A stretch of 64,000 bases of DNA from Escherichia coli (GTDB lineage: Bacteria; Pseudomonadota; Gammaproteobacteria; Enterobacterales; Enterobacteriaceae). The first letter of the stretch is position 1. Every line of letters starts with the position of its first letter. The notes under the pieces were generated by a model. That model searched no databases, had not been told where the DNA came from, and saw only the letters and a list, made by a program, of their open reading frames with translations. The translations under genes were made by a program, and so were the position numbers. This document shows, one piece after another, positions 36,103-51,834 of the stretch. The stretch lies in NCBI RefSeq assembly GCF_029227855.1, contig NZ_CP074356.1. One strand, 5' to 3'.

Positions 36103-36492
36103 TTACTGCTCATACAGTTCCAACGGCAGCCCGTCCGGATCGTTAAAGAACGTGAAGCGTTTTTGCGTGTATGGATCGACACGGATGGCTTCACACTTCA
36201 CGTTATGGCTTTCAAGGTGCGCCACTGCCGCATCGATATCATCAACGCTAAAAGCCAGATGACGCAGGCCGCAAGCTTCCGGTCGGCTGGGGCGCTCCGG
36301 CGGGAACGGAAATGAGAAAAGCTCAATCACATATTGCCCATTAAGCGCCAAATCCCCTTTCCACGAGTCGCGCGCTTCGCGATAGACTTCGCTTTGCAGC
36401 GTGAAACCAAGAATATCGCAGTAAAACGCTTTGCTCACCGCATAATCCGTCGCAATAATCGCAATATGGTGAACCTGTTTTAAACCCAGCAT
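36103..36492 (-). CDS. yaeR: glyoxalase/VOC-family protein YaeR, 129 aa
   Basis: MLGLKQVHHIAIIATDYAVSKAFYCDILGF...; start at internal Met to match known length. Confidence 0.8.
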   Translation of the reverse strand: MLGLKQVHHIAIIATDYAVSKAFYCDILGFTLQSEVYREARDSWKGDLALNGQYVIELFSFPFPPERPSRPEACGLRHLAFSVDDIDAAVAHLESHNVKCEAIRVDPYTQKRFTFFNDPDGLPLELYEQ

Positions 36493-36548
36493 AACGTCTC
36501 CTTTATTTGTTAACAGCACGTTACTCGCCCGGAAGCCGCTCTGGCAAG

Positions 36549-38690
36549 TTATCCCGCCATTTTTAGGACTCGTACGCGGTAAACGCCGTCTTCGTCCTGT
36601 TTCGCGCCGTGAATATCCGTTTCAAAACCGGGGTAATGTTGCCCTACGGAACAAAGCATCAGTAGAAAATCGAGTACTGTGCGGCTCTCTTTGGTCAGCA
36701 TTTCTCCTGGCATCAGCAGCGGTACGCCCGGTGGATAAGGCAGGATCATATTTGCCGACACCCTACCAACCAGTTGTTCCAGCGCAATGGTTTCTACTTC
36801 GCCTTTAATCTGCCTCTGCCATGCCTGATGTGGCGTCATGATCATCTCCGGCAAGGTATCGAATGCCCGCAACATCAAACCGGGAAGATCGTGTTTACGA
36901 ATCAGCTTATGGATCCCTTGCGCCAGATCCTGAATGCGCATATTGCGGTAGAAATCGGGATCTTCTGCATAGAGATCGGGTAGCATATTTTTGATCCGCA
37001 GGTTGAGATCGTAAGAGCGCTTAAATTCCGTCAACCCACGCAATAATCCCATTGCTTTGGTTTTATCGATTCCAATACTAAAGAGAAACAGCAGGTTATA
37101 AGGACCGGTTTTCTCTACTACGATCCCTCGTTCGTCGAGGAATTTTGCTACCAGCGCCGCCGGGATCCCCTCCTCGCTCATATTGCCCTGCTCGTCCATC
37201 CCCGGTGTCAAAATAGTGACTTTAACCGGATCGAGAAACATATGATCGGCATCCGCATCGTTAAAGCCGTGCCACTGTTCGCCAGGCGCAACGGGCCAGC
37301 ATTCGGCTTCATCCACCTGCGGCGGTTGCCAGATATCGAAAAACCAACCGTCAGACTCTTCCCGCAGCCGCTGGACCTCTTTGCGAAAATGCAGCGCCCG
37401 CTCCACCGAACGGTTAATCAGCCGTTTGCCCGGATTACCACGCAGCATCGCCGCCGCCGTCTCAACCGAAGCAACAATGGGATAACTGGGCGAGGTGGTG
37501 GTATGCATCATAAAGGCTTCGTTAAACGCCTCTTCGTCATACTCGCCTTTAATGTGGATCAGCGAAGCCTGCGATAACGCCGCCAGCATTTTGTGGGTCG
37601 ACTGCGTTTCGAAGATCACTTTTCCCGCAACACGCTCGCCGCTCATACCACTTTTACCCTGGTAGATCGGATGAAAATGGGTGTACGGCACCCAGGCAGA
37701 ATCGAAGTGAATCGACGGGACATCCAGCGTCTGTTTGATCCAGTCGGTGTTGTAGAGCAAGCCATCATAGGTGGAGTTGGTGATCACCGCATGAACCGGC
37801 CATTGAGCTTGCGTGGTAGCAGCGACTTTCTCTTCGATGCTGTCGCGAGTAAATTCACGGCGCGGGATCCCACCAAGAATCCCCAACGCATTACGCGTCG
37901 GTTTCAGCCAGACTGGCACTACATCGTTCATCATCAACAGATGCGCCAGCGATTTATGACAATTGCGGTCGATCAACAGCGTACTGCCGGACGGCGCGGC
38001 GTACATACCCACAATTTTGTTAGACGTCGATGTTCCGTTGGTAACGATATAACTCTGTTCCGCGCCAAAAGTCCGCGCGATGTACTCTTCCGCTTCCAGG
38101 TGTGGCCCGGTGTGGTCGAGCAACGAACCAAGCTCGGTAACCGAAATAGAGACATCAGCCTTAAGAGTATTCCCGCCGAAAAAATCATAAAACAGACAGC
38201 CAACCGGGCTTTTTTGATATGCGGTGCCGCCCATATGACCCGGCGTACAAAAGGTGTACTTCCGCTCTTTGACGTAGGTAAACAAGGCTTTCGTGAACGG
38301 CGGTGTAATGTTATCAAGATATTCGTCGGTGTACTGACGCATACGAATGGCGATATCTTCTGCCTGCCCCAGCGCATATTCAAAAAACCAGAGCGCCATC
38401 CGCATATCCTGCACGCTGACATCCATCGTCGAGTGGGTGTTGATGAAGGCATAAAGCGGGAGATATTCATTAAGCTGATTGATATCGCTACATAAATCGA
38501 GACTGTACTCATCCCAGTCAAAAATCACGCCGCAAATTCGAGGGTTATGTTCAATAAATTTCAGCAAATCAACGCTGTTTTGTGGCCAGATAATCTGAAA
38601 GCCTTGCGCCACCAGCGCCGACTCCAGTTCTTTGATGGGCTCATCTTTATAAAAGACGCCATGCGGTCCCATAATGGCAATGATGTTCAT
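36549..38690 (-). CDS. ldcC: constitutive lysine decarboxylase, 713 aa
   Basis: Orn/Lys/Arg decarboxylase fold; matches LdcC. Confidence 0.9.
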   Translation of the reverse strand: MNIIAIMGPHGVFYKDEPIKELESALVAQGFQIIWPQNSVDLLKFIEHNPRICGVIFDWDEYSLDLCSDINQLNEYLPLYAFINTHSTMDVSVQDMRMALWFFEYALGQAEDIAIRMRQYTDEYLDNITPPFTKALFTYVKERKYTFCTPGHMGGTAYQKSPVGCLFYDFFGGNTLKADVSISVTELGSLLDHTGPHLEAEEYIARTFGAEQSYIVTNGTSTSNKIVGMYAAPSGSTLLIDRNCHKSLAHLLMMNDVVPVWLKPTRNALGILGGIPRREFTRDSIEEKVAATTQAQWPVHAVITNSTYDGLLYNTDWIKQTLDVPSIHFDSAWVPYTHFHPIYQGKSGMSGERVAGKVIFETQSTHKMLAALSQASLIHIKGEYDEEAFNEAFMMHTTTSPSYPIVASVETAAAMLRGNPGKRLINRSVERALHFRKEVQRLREESDGWFFDIWQPPQVDEAECWPVAPGEQWHGFNDADADHMFLDPVKVTILTPGMDEQGNMSEEGIPAALVAKFLDERGIVVEKTGPYNLLFLFSIGIDKTKAMGLLRGLTEFKRSYDLNLRIKNMLPDLYAEDPDFYRNMRIQDLAQGIHKLIRKHDLPGLMLRAFDTLPEMIMTPHQAWQRQIKGEVETIALEQLVGRVSANMILPYPPGVPLLMPGEMLTKESRTVLDFLLMLCSVGQHYPGFETDIHGAKQDEDGVYRVRVLKMAG

Positions 38691-38744
38691 GTGTTCCTCC
38701 TGGAAAATCCTTCCTTAATCATAGCCTGCTCAAACCGTGGCGAT

Positions 38745-38775
38745 AAAAAAGGGCCACCGAAGTGACCCTTTTTCA
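38745..38775 (-). terminator. terminator downstream of accA
   Basis: On minus strand AGGGTCAC-ttcg-GTGGCCCT followed by T6. Confidence 0.65.
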
Positions 38776-38788
38776 GAACTTTTGCGAA

Positions 38789-39748
38789 TTACGCGTAACC
38801 GTAGCTCATCAGGCGCTGATAACGACGATTTTTTAAATCTTCAGTGCTTAACACGTCGAGATCGGCCAGATCCGCCAGCAGTTGCGCTTTCAACGATGCC
38901 GCCATCGCTTCCGGGTTACGATGAGCGCCGCCCAGCGGTTCCGGGATGATGGAGTCGATCAGTTTCAGCTCTTTCAGACGCGGAGCAATGATACCCATCG
39001 CTTCAGCCGCCAGCGGCGCTTTGTCGGCGCTCTTCCACAGAATGGACGCACAACCTTCCGGCGAGATAACGGAATAGGTGCTGTATTGCAGCATATTCAC
39101 TTTATCGCCCACGCCAATCGCCAGCGCACCGCCAGAACCACCTTCACCGATAACCGTACAAACTACCGGTACGCTAAGGCGAGACATTTCACGCAGGTTG
39201 CGTGCAATGGCTTCAGACTGACCACGCTCTTCTGCGCCCACGCCAGGATAAGCCCCCGGGGTGTCGATAAAGGTGATGATAGGCATCTTAAAGCGTTCAG
39301 CCATTTGCATCAGACGCAGTGCTTTACGGTAACCTTCTGGCGCTGGCATACCAAAGTTACGGCGAATTTTTTCTTTGGTTTCACGACCTTTTTGATGACC
39401 AATGATCATCACCGGACGACCATCGAGACGGGCGATACCACCGACGATAGCTTTATCGTCTGCATACGCGCGGTCGCCAGCCAGTTCGTCAAATTCATCA
39501 AATGCCAGGCGAACGTAATCCAGGGTATAAGGACGCTGTGGATGGCGTGCCAGTTGCGCAATCTGCCATGCACCAAGATCGGCGAAGATTTTACGCGTCA
39601 GTTCTACGCTTTTTTCACGCAGACGATGCACTTCTTCATCGATGTTAATATCCAGTTTCTCATCCTGACGGCTAACCGCAGTCAGAGAATCGATTTTCGC
39701 TTCCAGCTCTGCAATCGGCTGTTCAAAATCAAGGAAATTCAGACTCAT
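38789..39748 (-). CDS. accA: acetyl-CoA carboxylase carboxyltransferase alpha subunit, 319 aa
   Basis: [22 protein letters not shown]...; matches AccA. Confidence 0.95.
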   Translation of the reverse strand: MSLNFLDFEQPIAELEAKIDSLTAVSRQDEKLDINIDEEVHRLREKSVELTRKIFADLGAWQIAQLARHPQRPYTLDYVRLAFDEFDELAGDRAYADDKAIVGGIARLDGRPVMIIGHQKGRETKEKIRRNFGMPAPEGYRKALRLMQMAERFKMPIITFIDTPGAYPGVGAEERGQSEAIARNLREMSRLSVPVVCTVIGEGGSGGALAIGVGDKVNMLQYSTYSVISPEGCASILWKSADKAPLAAEAMGIIAPRLKELKLIDSIIPEPLGGAHRNPEAMAASLKAQLLADLADLDVLSTEDLKNRRYQRLMSYGYA

Positions 39749-39760
39749 AGTATTCCTGTA

Positions 39761-42700
39761 TTAGTCAAACTCCAGTTCCACCTGCTCCGAACCAATGAGG
39801 CCACGGAGATCGTTTAATAAACGATCGCTCGGAGAGACACGCCACGTCGCGCCAAAACGCAACCGCGCGCGTGCATCCGCCCTCTGATAGTAGAGATGTA
39901 CTGGAATTGTCCCAGAGCGGTGGGGTTCCAGAGACTGACGGAGTCGGTTTAAAAGCTGGTCATCAATTTGCCTGTCCGTCAGCGAGATAGCAAGCCCGCG
40001 AGCATATTTTTCCCGGGCTTCGTCAATATCCATCACTTCGCGAGCGGTCATTTTAAGCCCACCGCTGAAGTCATCAAAGCTGACCTGTCCGCTGACGATA
40101 AGTATGCGGTCTTTTTCCAGCAATTGCTGGTATTTATCCAGGGCGTCAGTAAACAACATCACTTCCAGCCGCCCGGAACGGTCATCCAGCGTGCAGATAC
40201 CGATACGATTGCCGCGCTTGGTGACCATAACCCGCGCGGCAACAACGAGCCCCGCAGCCGTGATGACTTTACCACGTTCTGTCGGGTGCATGTCTTTCAG
40301 CCTTACGCCTCCGACATAACGCTCAATCTCTTTTAAATACTGATTGATAGGGTGTCCCGTCAGGTACAGACCTAACGTTTCACGTTCCCCATCTAATACC
40401 ACCTGCTCCGGCCACGGTTGGCAGCTGGCGTAGGATTGTTCAATTTGTTCCGGCTCTTCGGCCAGCACACCGAACATATCGGCCTGACCGATAGCTTCCG
40501 CTTTCGCGTGTTGATCTGCCGCTTTTAACGCATCGCCCAGCGAGTTCATCAGCGCCGCGCGGTGTGGCCCAAGACGGTCAAACGCCCCGGACATGATCAG
40601 TTTTTCCAGCACCCGCCGGTTTAACTTTTTGGTGTCGGTTCGGGCGCAGAGATCAAACAGTTCGCGGAAGTAGCCGCCTTTATTACGGGCTTCGATGATG
40701 GTCTCAATCGGACCTTCACCGACCCCTTTGATCGCGCCAATACCATACACGATTTCGCCGTCGTCGTTGACGTGGAAATGGTAAAGACCGGAGTTTATAT
40801 CTGGTGGCAGGATTTTCAGCCCCATCCGCCAGCACTCATCCACCAGGCCCACCACCTTCTCGGTGTTGTCCATATCGGCGGTCATTACCGCCGCCATAAA
40901 CTCCGCCGGATAGTGCGCTTTCAGCCATAACGTTTGATATGACACCAAAGCATAGGCCGCAGAGTGCGATTTGTTAAATCCGTAACCAGCGAATTTTTCC
41001 ACCAGGTCGAAGATTTTCATCGCCAGTTCAGCGTTGATTCCGTTCTTTTCTGCACCTTCAGCAAATACAGAACGCTGCTTAGCCATCTCTTCCGGCTTTT
41101 TCTTACCCATCGCACGACGCAGCATATCCGCGCCACCGAGGGTATAACCAGAAAGCACCTGGGCAATCTGCATGACCTGTTCCTGATACAGGATGATGCC
41201 GTAGGTTGGCTCCAGTACCGGTTTCAGGCTTTCATGCTGCCACTGCACGTCCGGATAGGAGATCTCTTCGCGACCATGTTTACGGTCGATAAAGTTATCC
41301 ACCATCCCTGACTGCAACGGACCAGGGCGGAACAGTGCCACCAGTGCGATCATATCTTCGAAGCAGTCAGGTTGCAGACGCTTGATCAGGTCTTTCATGC
41401 CGCGCGATTCAAGCTGGAATACCGCCGTGGTTTCCGAGCGTTGCAGCATATCGAAGCTTTTCTTATCATCCAGCGGGATCGCGGCGATATCCAGAGGCGG
41501 CTCGCCATTCTTCGCCCGCCGCTTGTTGATCATCTCCAGCGCCCAGTTGATGATGGTGAGCGTACGCAAACCGAGGAAGTCGAACTTCACCAGCCCGGCG
41601 TATTCAACGTCGCTTTTATCAAACTGGGTGACCGGATGTTTGCCCTCTTCATCGCAATAAAGCGGCGCAAAATCAGTAATTTTGGTCGGCGCGATAACCA
41701 CCCCACCGGCGTGCTTACCGGCGTTACGGGTGACCCCTTCCAGTTTGCGCGCCATGTCGATCAGCGCCTTAACTTCTTCATCCGCTTCGTAGATTTCCGG
41801 CAGCTGCGGCTCGGCTTCAAACGCTTTTGCCAGCGTCATCCCCGGATCGGGCGGGATCAGTTTCGAGATACGATCGACAAAGCCGTACGGATGCCCCAGA
41901 ACGCGGCCTACGTCGCGGATCACCGCTTTCGCCGCCATCGTACCGAAGGTGATAATCTGCGATACCGCATCACGACCGTACATGTCTGCCACGTGTTCGA
42001 TAACCTGATCGCGTTTCTCCATACAGAAGTCAACGTCAAAGTCAGGCATGGAGACACGTTCCGGGTTAAGGAAACGTTCGAACAGCAGGTCAAATTCCAG
42101 CGGATCGAGATCGGTGATTTTTAACGCGTAGGCCACCAGTGACCCTGCACCAGAACCACGGCCTGGCCCTACCGGTACACCGTTATCTTTCGACCACTGG
42201 ATAAATTCCATAACGATGAGGAAGTAACCCGGGAAGCCCATCTGGTTGATAACCTGAAGTTCAGTATCCAGACGTTCGTCATACTCCGGGCGGCGCTTAA
42301 CACGTTCTTCCTCGTCAGGGAATAAAAATGCCAGACGCTCTTCCAGGCCTTCTTTTGCACGCTTGACCAGATAATCTTCGGTACTCATGTCCCCGGTCGG
42401 GAATTGCGGCAAGAAGTATTCACCCAGACGCACGGTTACGTTACAACGTTTGGCTATCTCAACGGTGTTGGCAAGGGCTTCGGGAATGTCGGCAAAAAGC
42501 TCGCACATCTCCTCTTCGCTACGCATATATTGCTGCGGCGAATAGTTACGCGGGCGTTTAGGATCGTCGAGGGTAAAGCCGTCGTGGATCGCGACGCGGA
42601 TTTCGTGTGCGTCAAAGTCGCTGCTGTCGATAAAGCGCACGTCGTTGGTCGCCACAACGGGCAAACCGCGTGATTCCGCCAGTTCCACCGCAGCGTGCAG

Positions 42701-43243
42701 ATAGCTTTCTTCGTCCGGCCTGCCGGTGCGGATCAGCTCGAGAAAATAGCGATCCGGGAAGTGTTCTTCATAAAACGCAACGCACTCATCTACCAGCGCG
42801 CTGTTACCACGCAAAAGACTGCGTCCGACGTCGCCCATGCGCCCGCCGGAAAGAAGGATCAACCCTTCGTTTAATTCGATAAGCCAGTCGCGATCGATGA
42901 TCGGCCCAGCTGCACCGTACCCGCGCTGATACGCTTTTGAGATCAGCAACGTCAGATTCTGATAGCCGGTATTGTTCGCCGCCAGCACCGTCAGGTGGGT
43001 TAACTCATCACCCAGCAGGTCGCACTGGACATTAAAATCTGCCCCGACGATAGGCTTAATCCCTGCGCCATGTCCCGCTCCGTAGAACTTCACCAGACCG
43101 CAAAGGTTGGTGAAATCGGTGATCGCCAGTGCTGGCATACCCAACGCCGCCGCCTTTTTTACCAGCGGTGCGGTTTTGGCCAGACCATCGATCATCGAGT
43201 AGTCGCTGTGCACCCGCAGGTGTACGAAACGTGGTTCAGACAT
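39761..43243 (-). CDS. dnaE: DNA polymerase III alpha subunit, 1160 aa
   Basis: [23 protein letters not shown]... PHP domain and polymerase core. Confidence 0.95.
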   Translation of the reverse strand: MSEPRFVHLRVHSDYSMIDGLAKTAPLVKKAAALGMPALAITDFTNLCGLVKFYGAGHGAGIKPIVGADFNVQCDLLGDELTHLTVLAANNTGYQNLTLLISKAYQRGYGAAGPIIDRDWLIELNEGLILLSGGRMGDVGRSLLRGNSALVDECVAFYEEHFPDRYFLELIRTGRPDEESYLHAAVELAESRGLPVVATNDVRFIDSSDFDAHEIRVAIHDGFTLDDPKRPRNYSPQQYMRSEEEMCELFADIPEALANTVEIAKRCNVTVRLGEYFLPQFPTGDMSTEDYLVKRAKEGLEERLAFLFPDEEERVKRRPEYDERLDTELQVINQMGFPGYFLIVMEFIQWSKDNGVPVGPGRGSGAGSLVAYALKITDLDPLEFDLLFERFLNPERVSMPDFDVDFCMEKRDQVIEHVADMYGRDAVSQIITFGTMAAKAVIRDVGRVLGHPYGFVDRISKLIPPDPGMTLAKAFEAEPQLPEIYEADEEVKALIDMARKLEGVTRNAGKHAGGVVIAPTKITDFAPLYCDEEGKHPVTQFDKSDVEYAGLVKFDFLGLRTLTIINWALEMINKRRAKNGEPPLDIAAIPLDDKKSFDMLQRSETTAVFQLESRGMKDLIKRLQPDCFEDMIALVALFRPGPLQSGMVDNFIDRKHGREEISYPDVQWQHESLKPVLEPTYGIILYQEQVMQIAQVLSGYTLGGADMLRRAMGKKKPEEMAKQRSVFAEGAEKNGINAELAMKIFDLVEKFAGYGFNKSHSAAYALVSYQTLWLKAHYPAEFMAAVMTADMDNTEKVVGLVDECWRMGLKILPPDINSGLYHFHVNDDGEIVYGIGAIKGVGEGPIETIIEARNKGGYFRELFDLCARTDTKKLNRRVLEKLIMSGAFDRLGPHRAALMNSLGDALKAADQHAKAEAIGQADMFGVLAEEPEQIEQSYASCQPWPEQVVLDGERETLGLYLTGHPINQYLKEIERYVGGVRLKDMHPTERGKVITAAGLVVAARVMVTKRGNRIGICTLDDRSGRLEVMLFTDALDKYQQLLEKDRILIVSGQVSFDDFSGGLKMTAREVMDIDEAREKYARGLAISLTDRQIDDQLLNRLRQSLEPHRSGTIPVHLYYQRADARARLRFGATWRVSPSDRLLNDLRGLIGSEQVELEFD

Positions 43244-43279
43244 CTTCAGATTCCGGTTTACTTAATCTCGACACAAGAA

Positions 43280-43876
43280 TCAGGACGCAAGTCCCAGTGC
43301 GCGTTTGACAGGCCCAAAGCTGCGACGATGATGTTCAGTCGCGCCATATTCAGCCAGTTTTTCCAGATGAAAAGCAGTTGGATACCCTTTGTGTTGGGCA
43401 AAACCATATTGCGGGAAAACAATATCCAGCGCCGCCATTTCGGCGTCGCGCGTCACTTTCGCCAGGATAGACGCAGCACTGATTTCTGGTACGCGGCTAT
43501 CGCCTTTCACCACTGCCATCGAAGGCATCGGTAATTTCGGGCAGCGGTTACCATCAATCAACACATATTCCGGCGCAATATGCAGCCCAGCGACGGCACG
43601 CTGCATCGCCAGCATGGTCGCGTGTAAAATATTCAGTTCGTCGATTTCGTGGGGTTCCGCGCGGCCCAGACTCCAGCTCAACGCTTTATCTTTGATCTCT
43701 TCACAGAGCGCCAGACGGCGTTTTTCGCTCAGCTTTTTGGAATCATTCAGCCCGGCAATCGGGCGCGATGGGTCAAGGATCACCGCAGCGGTGACGACCG
43801 CGCCAACTAACGGCCCGCGTCCGACTTCATCCACACCCGCAACCAGCTGCGTGTGCGGATAAACAAATTCGATCAT
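43280..43876 (-). CDS. rnhB: ribonuclease HII, 198 aa
   Basis: [28 protein letters not shown]... Confidence 0.95.
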   Translation of the reverse strand: MIEFVYPHTQLVAGVDEVGRGPLVGAVVTAAVILDPSRPIAGLNDSKKLSEKRRLALCEEIKDKALSWSLGRAEPHEIDELNILHATMLAMQRAVAGLHIAPEYVLIDGNRCPKLPMPSMAVVKGDSRVPEISAASILAKVTRDAEMAALDIVFPQYGFAQHKGYPTAFHLEKLAEYGATEHHRRSFGPVKRALGLAS

Positions 43877-45021
43877 TGTGCTAACTCCAGAACGGCTTGT
43901 GCCGCCTGCTCATCGGCATTGCAGCGGATCTGCTGATGCAGTTCACGGAAGGTATCGTGCATCGCGTGGCTGGTTTTCCCGTTCGCCAACAGCGGTAACA
44001 GCGCCGCAGCCAGTTTTTGCGGCTCACACTCTTCCTGCAATAACTCTTTGACTAACTCTCTGCCCGCCAGCAGATTTGGCAGCGAGACATAATCAGTTTT
44101 CACCAGACGCTTCGCCAACCAGAAAGTGAAAGGCTTCATGCGATACCCCACCACCATCGGGCATTTCGCCAGCATGCACTCCAGAGCTGCCGTCCCCGAC
44201 GCCAGTAGTGCCGCATCACTAGCGACCATCGCCTCACGGCCCATCCCATCCAACATATGAACCGACAGGTCTGGCGCAACTTCAGCTTTGATGCGTTCAA
44301 ACTGCTCGCGGCGTTTGGCATTCACCAGCGGCACCACGATTTCGAGATCCGGATATGTCTGGCGCAAAAGCTGGGCCGTTTTCAGAAAATCGGCGCTAAG
44401 CATTTCGACTTCCGCACCACGGCTGCCCGGCAACAATGCCAGACAGTGGGCATCGTGAGGGATCCCCAGCACATCACGGGCACCATTTTTATCTGGATCT
44501 AATGGCATGGCATCAGCCATGGTATGACCGATAAAGCGGCACGGTACGTTGTATTTGTCATAAAACGCTTTTTCGAAAGGCAGAAATGCGAGCACCAGAT
44601 CGGTGGCTCTGCCTATTTTGAAAACTCGTTTCTGTCGCCACGCCCAGACGGACGGACTGACGTAATGAATGGTTTTGATACCCTGCTTTTTGAGGTTACC
44701 TTCAAGAGTAATATTGAAGTCAGGCGCATCAATACCGACAAAAACATCTGGCTTCAGTTCGCCAAAACGCTTTGTCAGATCGGCACGAATATGCAGTAAG
44801 CGACGCAGACGACCGAGCACTTCAACAATGCCCATCACTGCCAGTTCTTCCATTTCGTACCAGGCTTCGCAGCCTTCAGCCTGCATTCGTGGCCCGGCAA
44901 CACCAACAAAGCGGGCGTTGGGCACACGTTCTTTCAGAGCGCGGATTAAACCGGCCCCCAGGATATCGCCGGAGGTTTCTCCGGCGACCAGGGCAATCGT
45001 TAATGGACGCTGTTCAGTCAT
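43873..45021 (-). CDS. lpxB: lipid-A-disaccharide synthase, 382 aa
   Basis: [30 protein letters not shown]... Confidence 0.95.
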   Translation of the reverse strand: MTEQRPLTIALVAGETSGDILGAGLIRALKERVPNARFVGVAGPRMQAEGCEAWYEMEELAVMGIVEVLGRLRRLLHIRADLTKRFGELKPDVFVGIDAPDFNITLEGNLKKQGIKTIHYVSPSVWAWRQKRVFKIGRATDLVLAFLPFEKAFYDKYNVPCRFIGHTMADAMPLDPDKNGARDVLGIPHDAHCLALLPGSRGAEVEMLSADFLKTAQLLRQTYPDLEIVVPLVNAKRREQFERIKAEVAPDLSVHMLDGMGREAMVASDAALLASGTAALECMLAKCPMVVGYRMKPFTFWLAKRLVKTDYVSLPNLLAGRELVKELLQEECEPQKLAAALLPLLANGKTSHAMHDTFRELHQQIRCNADEQAAQAVLELAQ

Positions 45022-45809
45022 TAACGAATCAGACCGCGCGTTGAGCGTGCAAAGAAATCGGTAAAGGCTTTCACTTCCGGATATGTTTCCGCCAGTTCAG
45101 CAATTTCCGGTTTCACTTCATCGAGCGTTTTACCGCTACGATAAATCAGCTTATACGCATTGCGGATAGCGGTAATCGCCTCACGGCTGAATCCGCGGCG
45201 CTTCAGCCCTTCGATATTGACACCGAACGGCGTTGCGTGGTTACCCTGCGCAATGACATAAGGAGGGACGTCCTGCGCCACACCGGAGCAGCCGCCAACC
45301 ATCACATGCGCACCAATGATGCAGAACTGATGGACTGCGGTCATGCCGCCGATGATCGCGAAGTCGTCAACCGATACGTGACCCGCCAGCGTTGCGTTGT
45401 TGGCGAGAATACAGCGGTTACCTACCGTACAATCGTGCGCAATGTGCGCGTTGATCATCAGTAAGTTGTCGCTGCCCACCTTCGTCAATCCACCGCCCTG
45501 GACTGTGCCACGATGAATGGTGACGCTTTCGCGAATGCGGTTACGATCGCCGATTTCCACGCGGGTCGGTTCGCCAGCATATTTCAGATCCTGGTTAACT
45601 TCGCCGATGGAGGCGAACTGATAAATCTCATTATCGCGGCCAATTTTAGTATGACCATTCACGACAACGTGAGATTTCAGTACGGTACCCTCACCAATTT
45701 CGACATGGGGTCCAACGATACAAAAAGGACCAATGTGAGCGTTAGCGCCAATCGACGCGCCCTCTTCCACAATGGCGGTTGGATGCACAAAGGCGGATTT
45801 ATCAATCAC
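45021..45809 (-). CDS. lpxA: UDP-N-acetylglucosamine acyltransferase, 262 aa
   Basis: Hexapeptide-repeat protein [29 protein letters not shown]... Confidence 0.95.
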
Positions 45810-45812
45810 GTA

Positions 45813-46268
45813 TCAGGCCTCCCGGCTACGAGCACACATCATCGTTGCTTCGCAAACTACTTTACCGTCGACCAGAGCAACCCCTTTAAAACGGGTCAGG
45901 CCGCGGCGCGTTTTTTCGAAAGTGACTTCCATGATCATTTGATCGCCAGGCACGACCGGGCGCTTGAAGCGCGCTTCGTCAATACCAGCGAAGTAGTACA
46001 GCTCACCCGGTTCCAGTTTTCCTACGCTTTTAAACGCCAGAATACCTGTTGCCTGTGCCATTGCTTCCAGAATCAGCACTCCCGGGAAAATCGGTTTTCC
46101 AGGGAAATGGCCCTGGAAGAATGGCTCATTGACAGAGACATTTTTTACTGCGCGCAGAAAACGACCTTCTTCAAAATCCAGCACGCGATCCACCAGTAAG
46201 AACGGGAAACGGTGCGGCAGAAGTTCTAAAATCTCTTCAATCTGCAGAGTATGAGTGTTAGTAGTCAA
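45813..46268 (-). CDS. fabZ: 3-hydroxyacyl-ACP dehydratase FabZ, 151 aa
   Basis: TTG start at 46268 giving (M)[28 protein letters not shown]... Confidence 0.9.
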
Positions 46269-46372
46269 GATACTCTTCCTGTCAAAATATAAGAAACGAC
46301 AATAATAACACGGCCTGCCGCAATCGTAAGAATGAGACAGGCCGTAAAGTTTGGCGAACAAAAGATGGAACG

Positions 46373-47398
46373 TTAGTCTTGTTGATTAACCTTGCGCTCA
46401 AGCGATTTCAGACGCTTGCTCATGTCATCAATGTTCATCACCAGTGCAGCGGTTTTGCGCCAGACTTTGTTGGGTTGCAGCGGAATGCCTGAGGAATAGA
46501 CGCCTGGTTCAGTGATGGGACGCATCACCATACCCATGCCCGTAACCGTCACTTTGTCGCATATTTCCATATGCCCGTTGATTACGCTGGCTCCGCCGAT
46601 CATGCAGTAACGACCAATTTTCAGGCTGCCCGCCATAATGACGCCACCGGCAACCGCCGTATTGTCGCCAATCACGACGTTATGTGCAATCTGGCACTGG
46701 TTATCAATGATCACGCCATTGCCAATAACAGTGTCATCCAGCGCGCCGCGATCGATGGTTGTGCAGGCACCGATCTCCACGCGATCGCCAATAATTACGC
46801 GACCTATCTGCGGGATCTTCACCCAGTTACCACGATCGTTGGCATAACCAAAGCCGTCTGCACCTACCACTGTTCCGGACTGGATCAGGCAATTCTGACC
46901 GATCTGGATCTCATGGTAAATGGTTACGTTCGCCCAGAGACGCGAACCTGCACCGATTTTGCTGTTTTTACCTACGAAGCAACCGGCACCGATAATCACG
47001 TTATCGCCCAGTTCAACGCCGGACTCAATCACAGCGTTAGCGCCAATCGATACGTTGTTACCCAGCTTCGCCGTCGCGTCGATCACCGCACTGGGTGCAA
47101 TGTTCTGCGCGGGCTGCGGCGTGGTATCTAAAATTTGCGCCATGCGCGCGTAAGTCAGGTAGGGATTCTTCACTACCAGCGCGGCACTTTTCGCGAAAGG
47201 AAGATCGTCCTGGGTCATGACAACCGCGGACGCCTGGCACAAGCCTAAATGCTCACGGTATTTTGGGTTAACCATGAACGTGATGTGACCTGTTTGTGCA
47301 GATTGCATGGACGCAACGCCGGTGATGACGATATCGCCATCACCGTGTAGTTCTGCATCCAACTGCTGCGCTAAATCAGCCAGTCGAATTGAAGGCAT
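46373..47398 (-). CDS. lpxD: UDP-3-O-acylglucosamine N-acyltransferase, 341 aa
   Basis: [31 protein letters not shown]...; hexapeptide repeats. Confidence 0.95.
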
Positions 47399-47401
47399 TA
47401 C

Positions 47402-47887
47402 TTATTTAACCTGTTTCAGTACGTCGGCAGTGATGTCTTTTACATCGCTGCTGTTGTAAGCAACGGCGTTTGCATCAACAACCAGATCGATATCCTGGCT
47501 GTTGGCAACGGATTTCACAGCAGTCTGGATACGAGTAACCAGTTTGCCGCGTTCTTCGTTGGAACGACGTGCGCGATCCTGCTCAAAAGCCTGCGCTTTC
47601 TGAGCAAAAGTCTGGCGCTGAGCCATCACGTCTTTTTCCAGTTTGGTGCGATCGCTGCCCGCTTTCATGGACTGCAGCTTTTTCATTTTAGCCTGCAGAT
47701 CGGTTTCCATACGCTGCAGTTCGCTGGCACGGCCTTTGAACTCATTTTCCAGCGTGTTAGAAACACCGGTTTTCTGCGCTACCTGCTGGAACAGGCTGCC
47801 CATATTGACGATTGCAATTTTGTCAGCCGCCTGAGCAGAAGTTGCCAGTGCTAAACCGAGACCTGCAGCTAATAACCACTTTTTCAC
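47402..47887 (-). CDS. skp: periplasmic chaperone Skp, 161 aa
   Basis: Signal peptide then [22 protein letters not shown]... Confidence 0.95.
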   Translation of the reverse strand: MKKWLLAAGLGLALATSAQAADKIAIVNMGSLFQQVAQKTGVSNTLENEFKGRASELQRMETDLQAKMKKLQSMKAGSDRTKLEKDVMAQRQTFAQKAQAFEQDRARRSNEERGKLVTRIQTAVKSVANSQDIDLVVDANAVAYNSSDVKDITADVLKQVK

Positions 47888-48008
47888 AATAAACTCCTTA
47901 CCATCCCATTTGCACCGGAGGGTGCAGTTCTTTGCGTGGCCCGGCGATCTTATATTGATCGCCTAAAGTCATCGCTACACTACCACTACATTCCTTTGTG
48001 GAGAACAC

Positions 48009-50459
<2,451 letters not shown>

Positions 50460-50470
50460 CTAACTAACTC

Positions 50471-51823
50471 TCATAACCGAGAGAAATCATTGAAAAGTGC
50501 AAGCCCCATTAACAGCACCAGCAGAATCGAGCCAATGCGATAACAAAAGTCTTGAACCCGCTCGGATACCGGTCCGCCCTTGATCTTTTCGATCGCAAGG
50601 AACAGCAGATGCCCCCCGTCAAGTACGGGCAACGGAAACAGGTTAATTATCCCTAAGTTCACGCTAATAAGCGCAAGAAACGGCAGGTAATAAACAACCC
50701 CGAGTTCCGCTGTCATCCCAGCCCCCTTGGCGATAGAGATCGGCCCACTGAGGTTGTTCAGTTTCACATCACCGGTGATCAATTTTCCCAGCATACTGAC
50801 CGTCAGCTTCATCAGCTGCCACGTTTTGTCCGTGGCTTCGACGATGGCGTTGAACGGCCCATACTGGCGTACAACTTTATACTCATCTGGCAAAGGAATG
50901 ACTTTCGGCTCAATACCGACAAAACCAATCGCTTTACCATTACCCGGTTTACTCTCCGGGATTAATGTCAAAGACAAGGGACTTCCCTGCCTTTCGATTT
51001 CTAACGCTAAGGATTTACCCGGGTTATCCCGGACAAGCATCACAAAGGTCACCCACTGCGTTAAGGGCTGACCATCGACTTTAACGATCCTGTCGCCTGC
51101 TTGCAAACCTGCCTTGCTTGCCGCCGAGTTTGGCTGCACATTTTCCAGTACAGGTTCAATTTGCGGCCCACGAGGACGAATCCCCAGCGAAGATACCGGA
51201 TCTTCTTTATCAGGCTCAAACGCCCAGTGACGTAAATCGAGCTTTACATCCCGCCGTTGGTCGCTGCCAAATGGCGCTACCGTAATGGTGGTGCTTTCAT
51301 CGCCAATTTTATCGACCAACTGCAAACGCACGGCATCCCAATCAGGCGTTTCGATACCATCTACGGCTTTTAGTTCCGTACCTGGTGCAATTTGTGCTTC
51401 CGCAGCTATCGAATTGGCTGCTATTTCGCCAACCACCGGACGTACGCCAGGCACACCAATAATAAAAACCAGCCAGTAGGCAAAGATAGCAAAAATGAAG
51501 TTTGCAACCGGACCTGCGGCAATAATCGCCGCTCGTTGGCCGACAGATTTATTATTGAAGGCATGGTGGCGGAGTTCCGGAACGACCGGTTCTGCGCGCT
51601 CATCCAGCATTTTGACATAACCGCCCAACGGGATCAGGGCGATAACATATTCGGTGCCGAGCTTATCAGTTCGCCGCCAGAGCGCCTTACCAAACCCTAT
51701 TGAGAAACGCTCAACGCGAACACCACAACGCCGGGCAACCCAGAAATGACCAAATTCATGCACGGTGATAAGTACACCCAGTGCAACGATGAACGAAGCC
51801 AAATCCCAGAGAAAACTCAGCAT
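50471..51823 (-). CDS. rseP: regulator of sigma-E protease RseP (site-2 protease), 450 aa
   Basis: HEFGH zinc motif and PDZ domains; start at internal Met to match known length. Confidence 0.9.
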
Positions 51824-51834
51824 ATTACCTTCCG

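Noticed and set aside
37593-38521. 300-aa plus-strand ORF and 182-aa minus-strand ORF within ldcC
   Set aside because: Alternative-frame or antisense ORFs inside the well-supported 713-aa lysine decarboxylase gene.
41372-42124. 250-aa plus-strand ORF antisense to dnaE, and similar antisense ORFs in map (58872..59570), dapD (62431..63090), proS (29880..30671) and bamA
   Set aside because: Antisense shadows of long, highly expressed genes; no independent signals.
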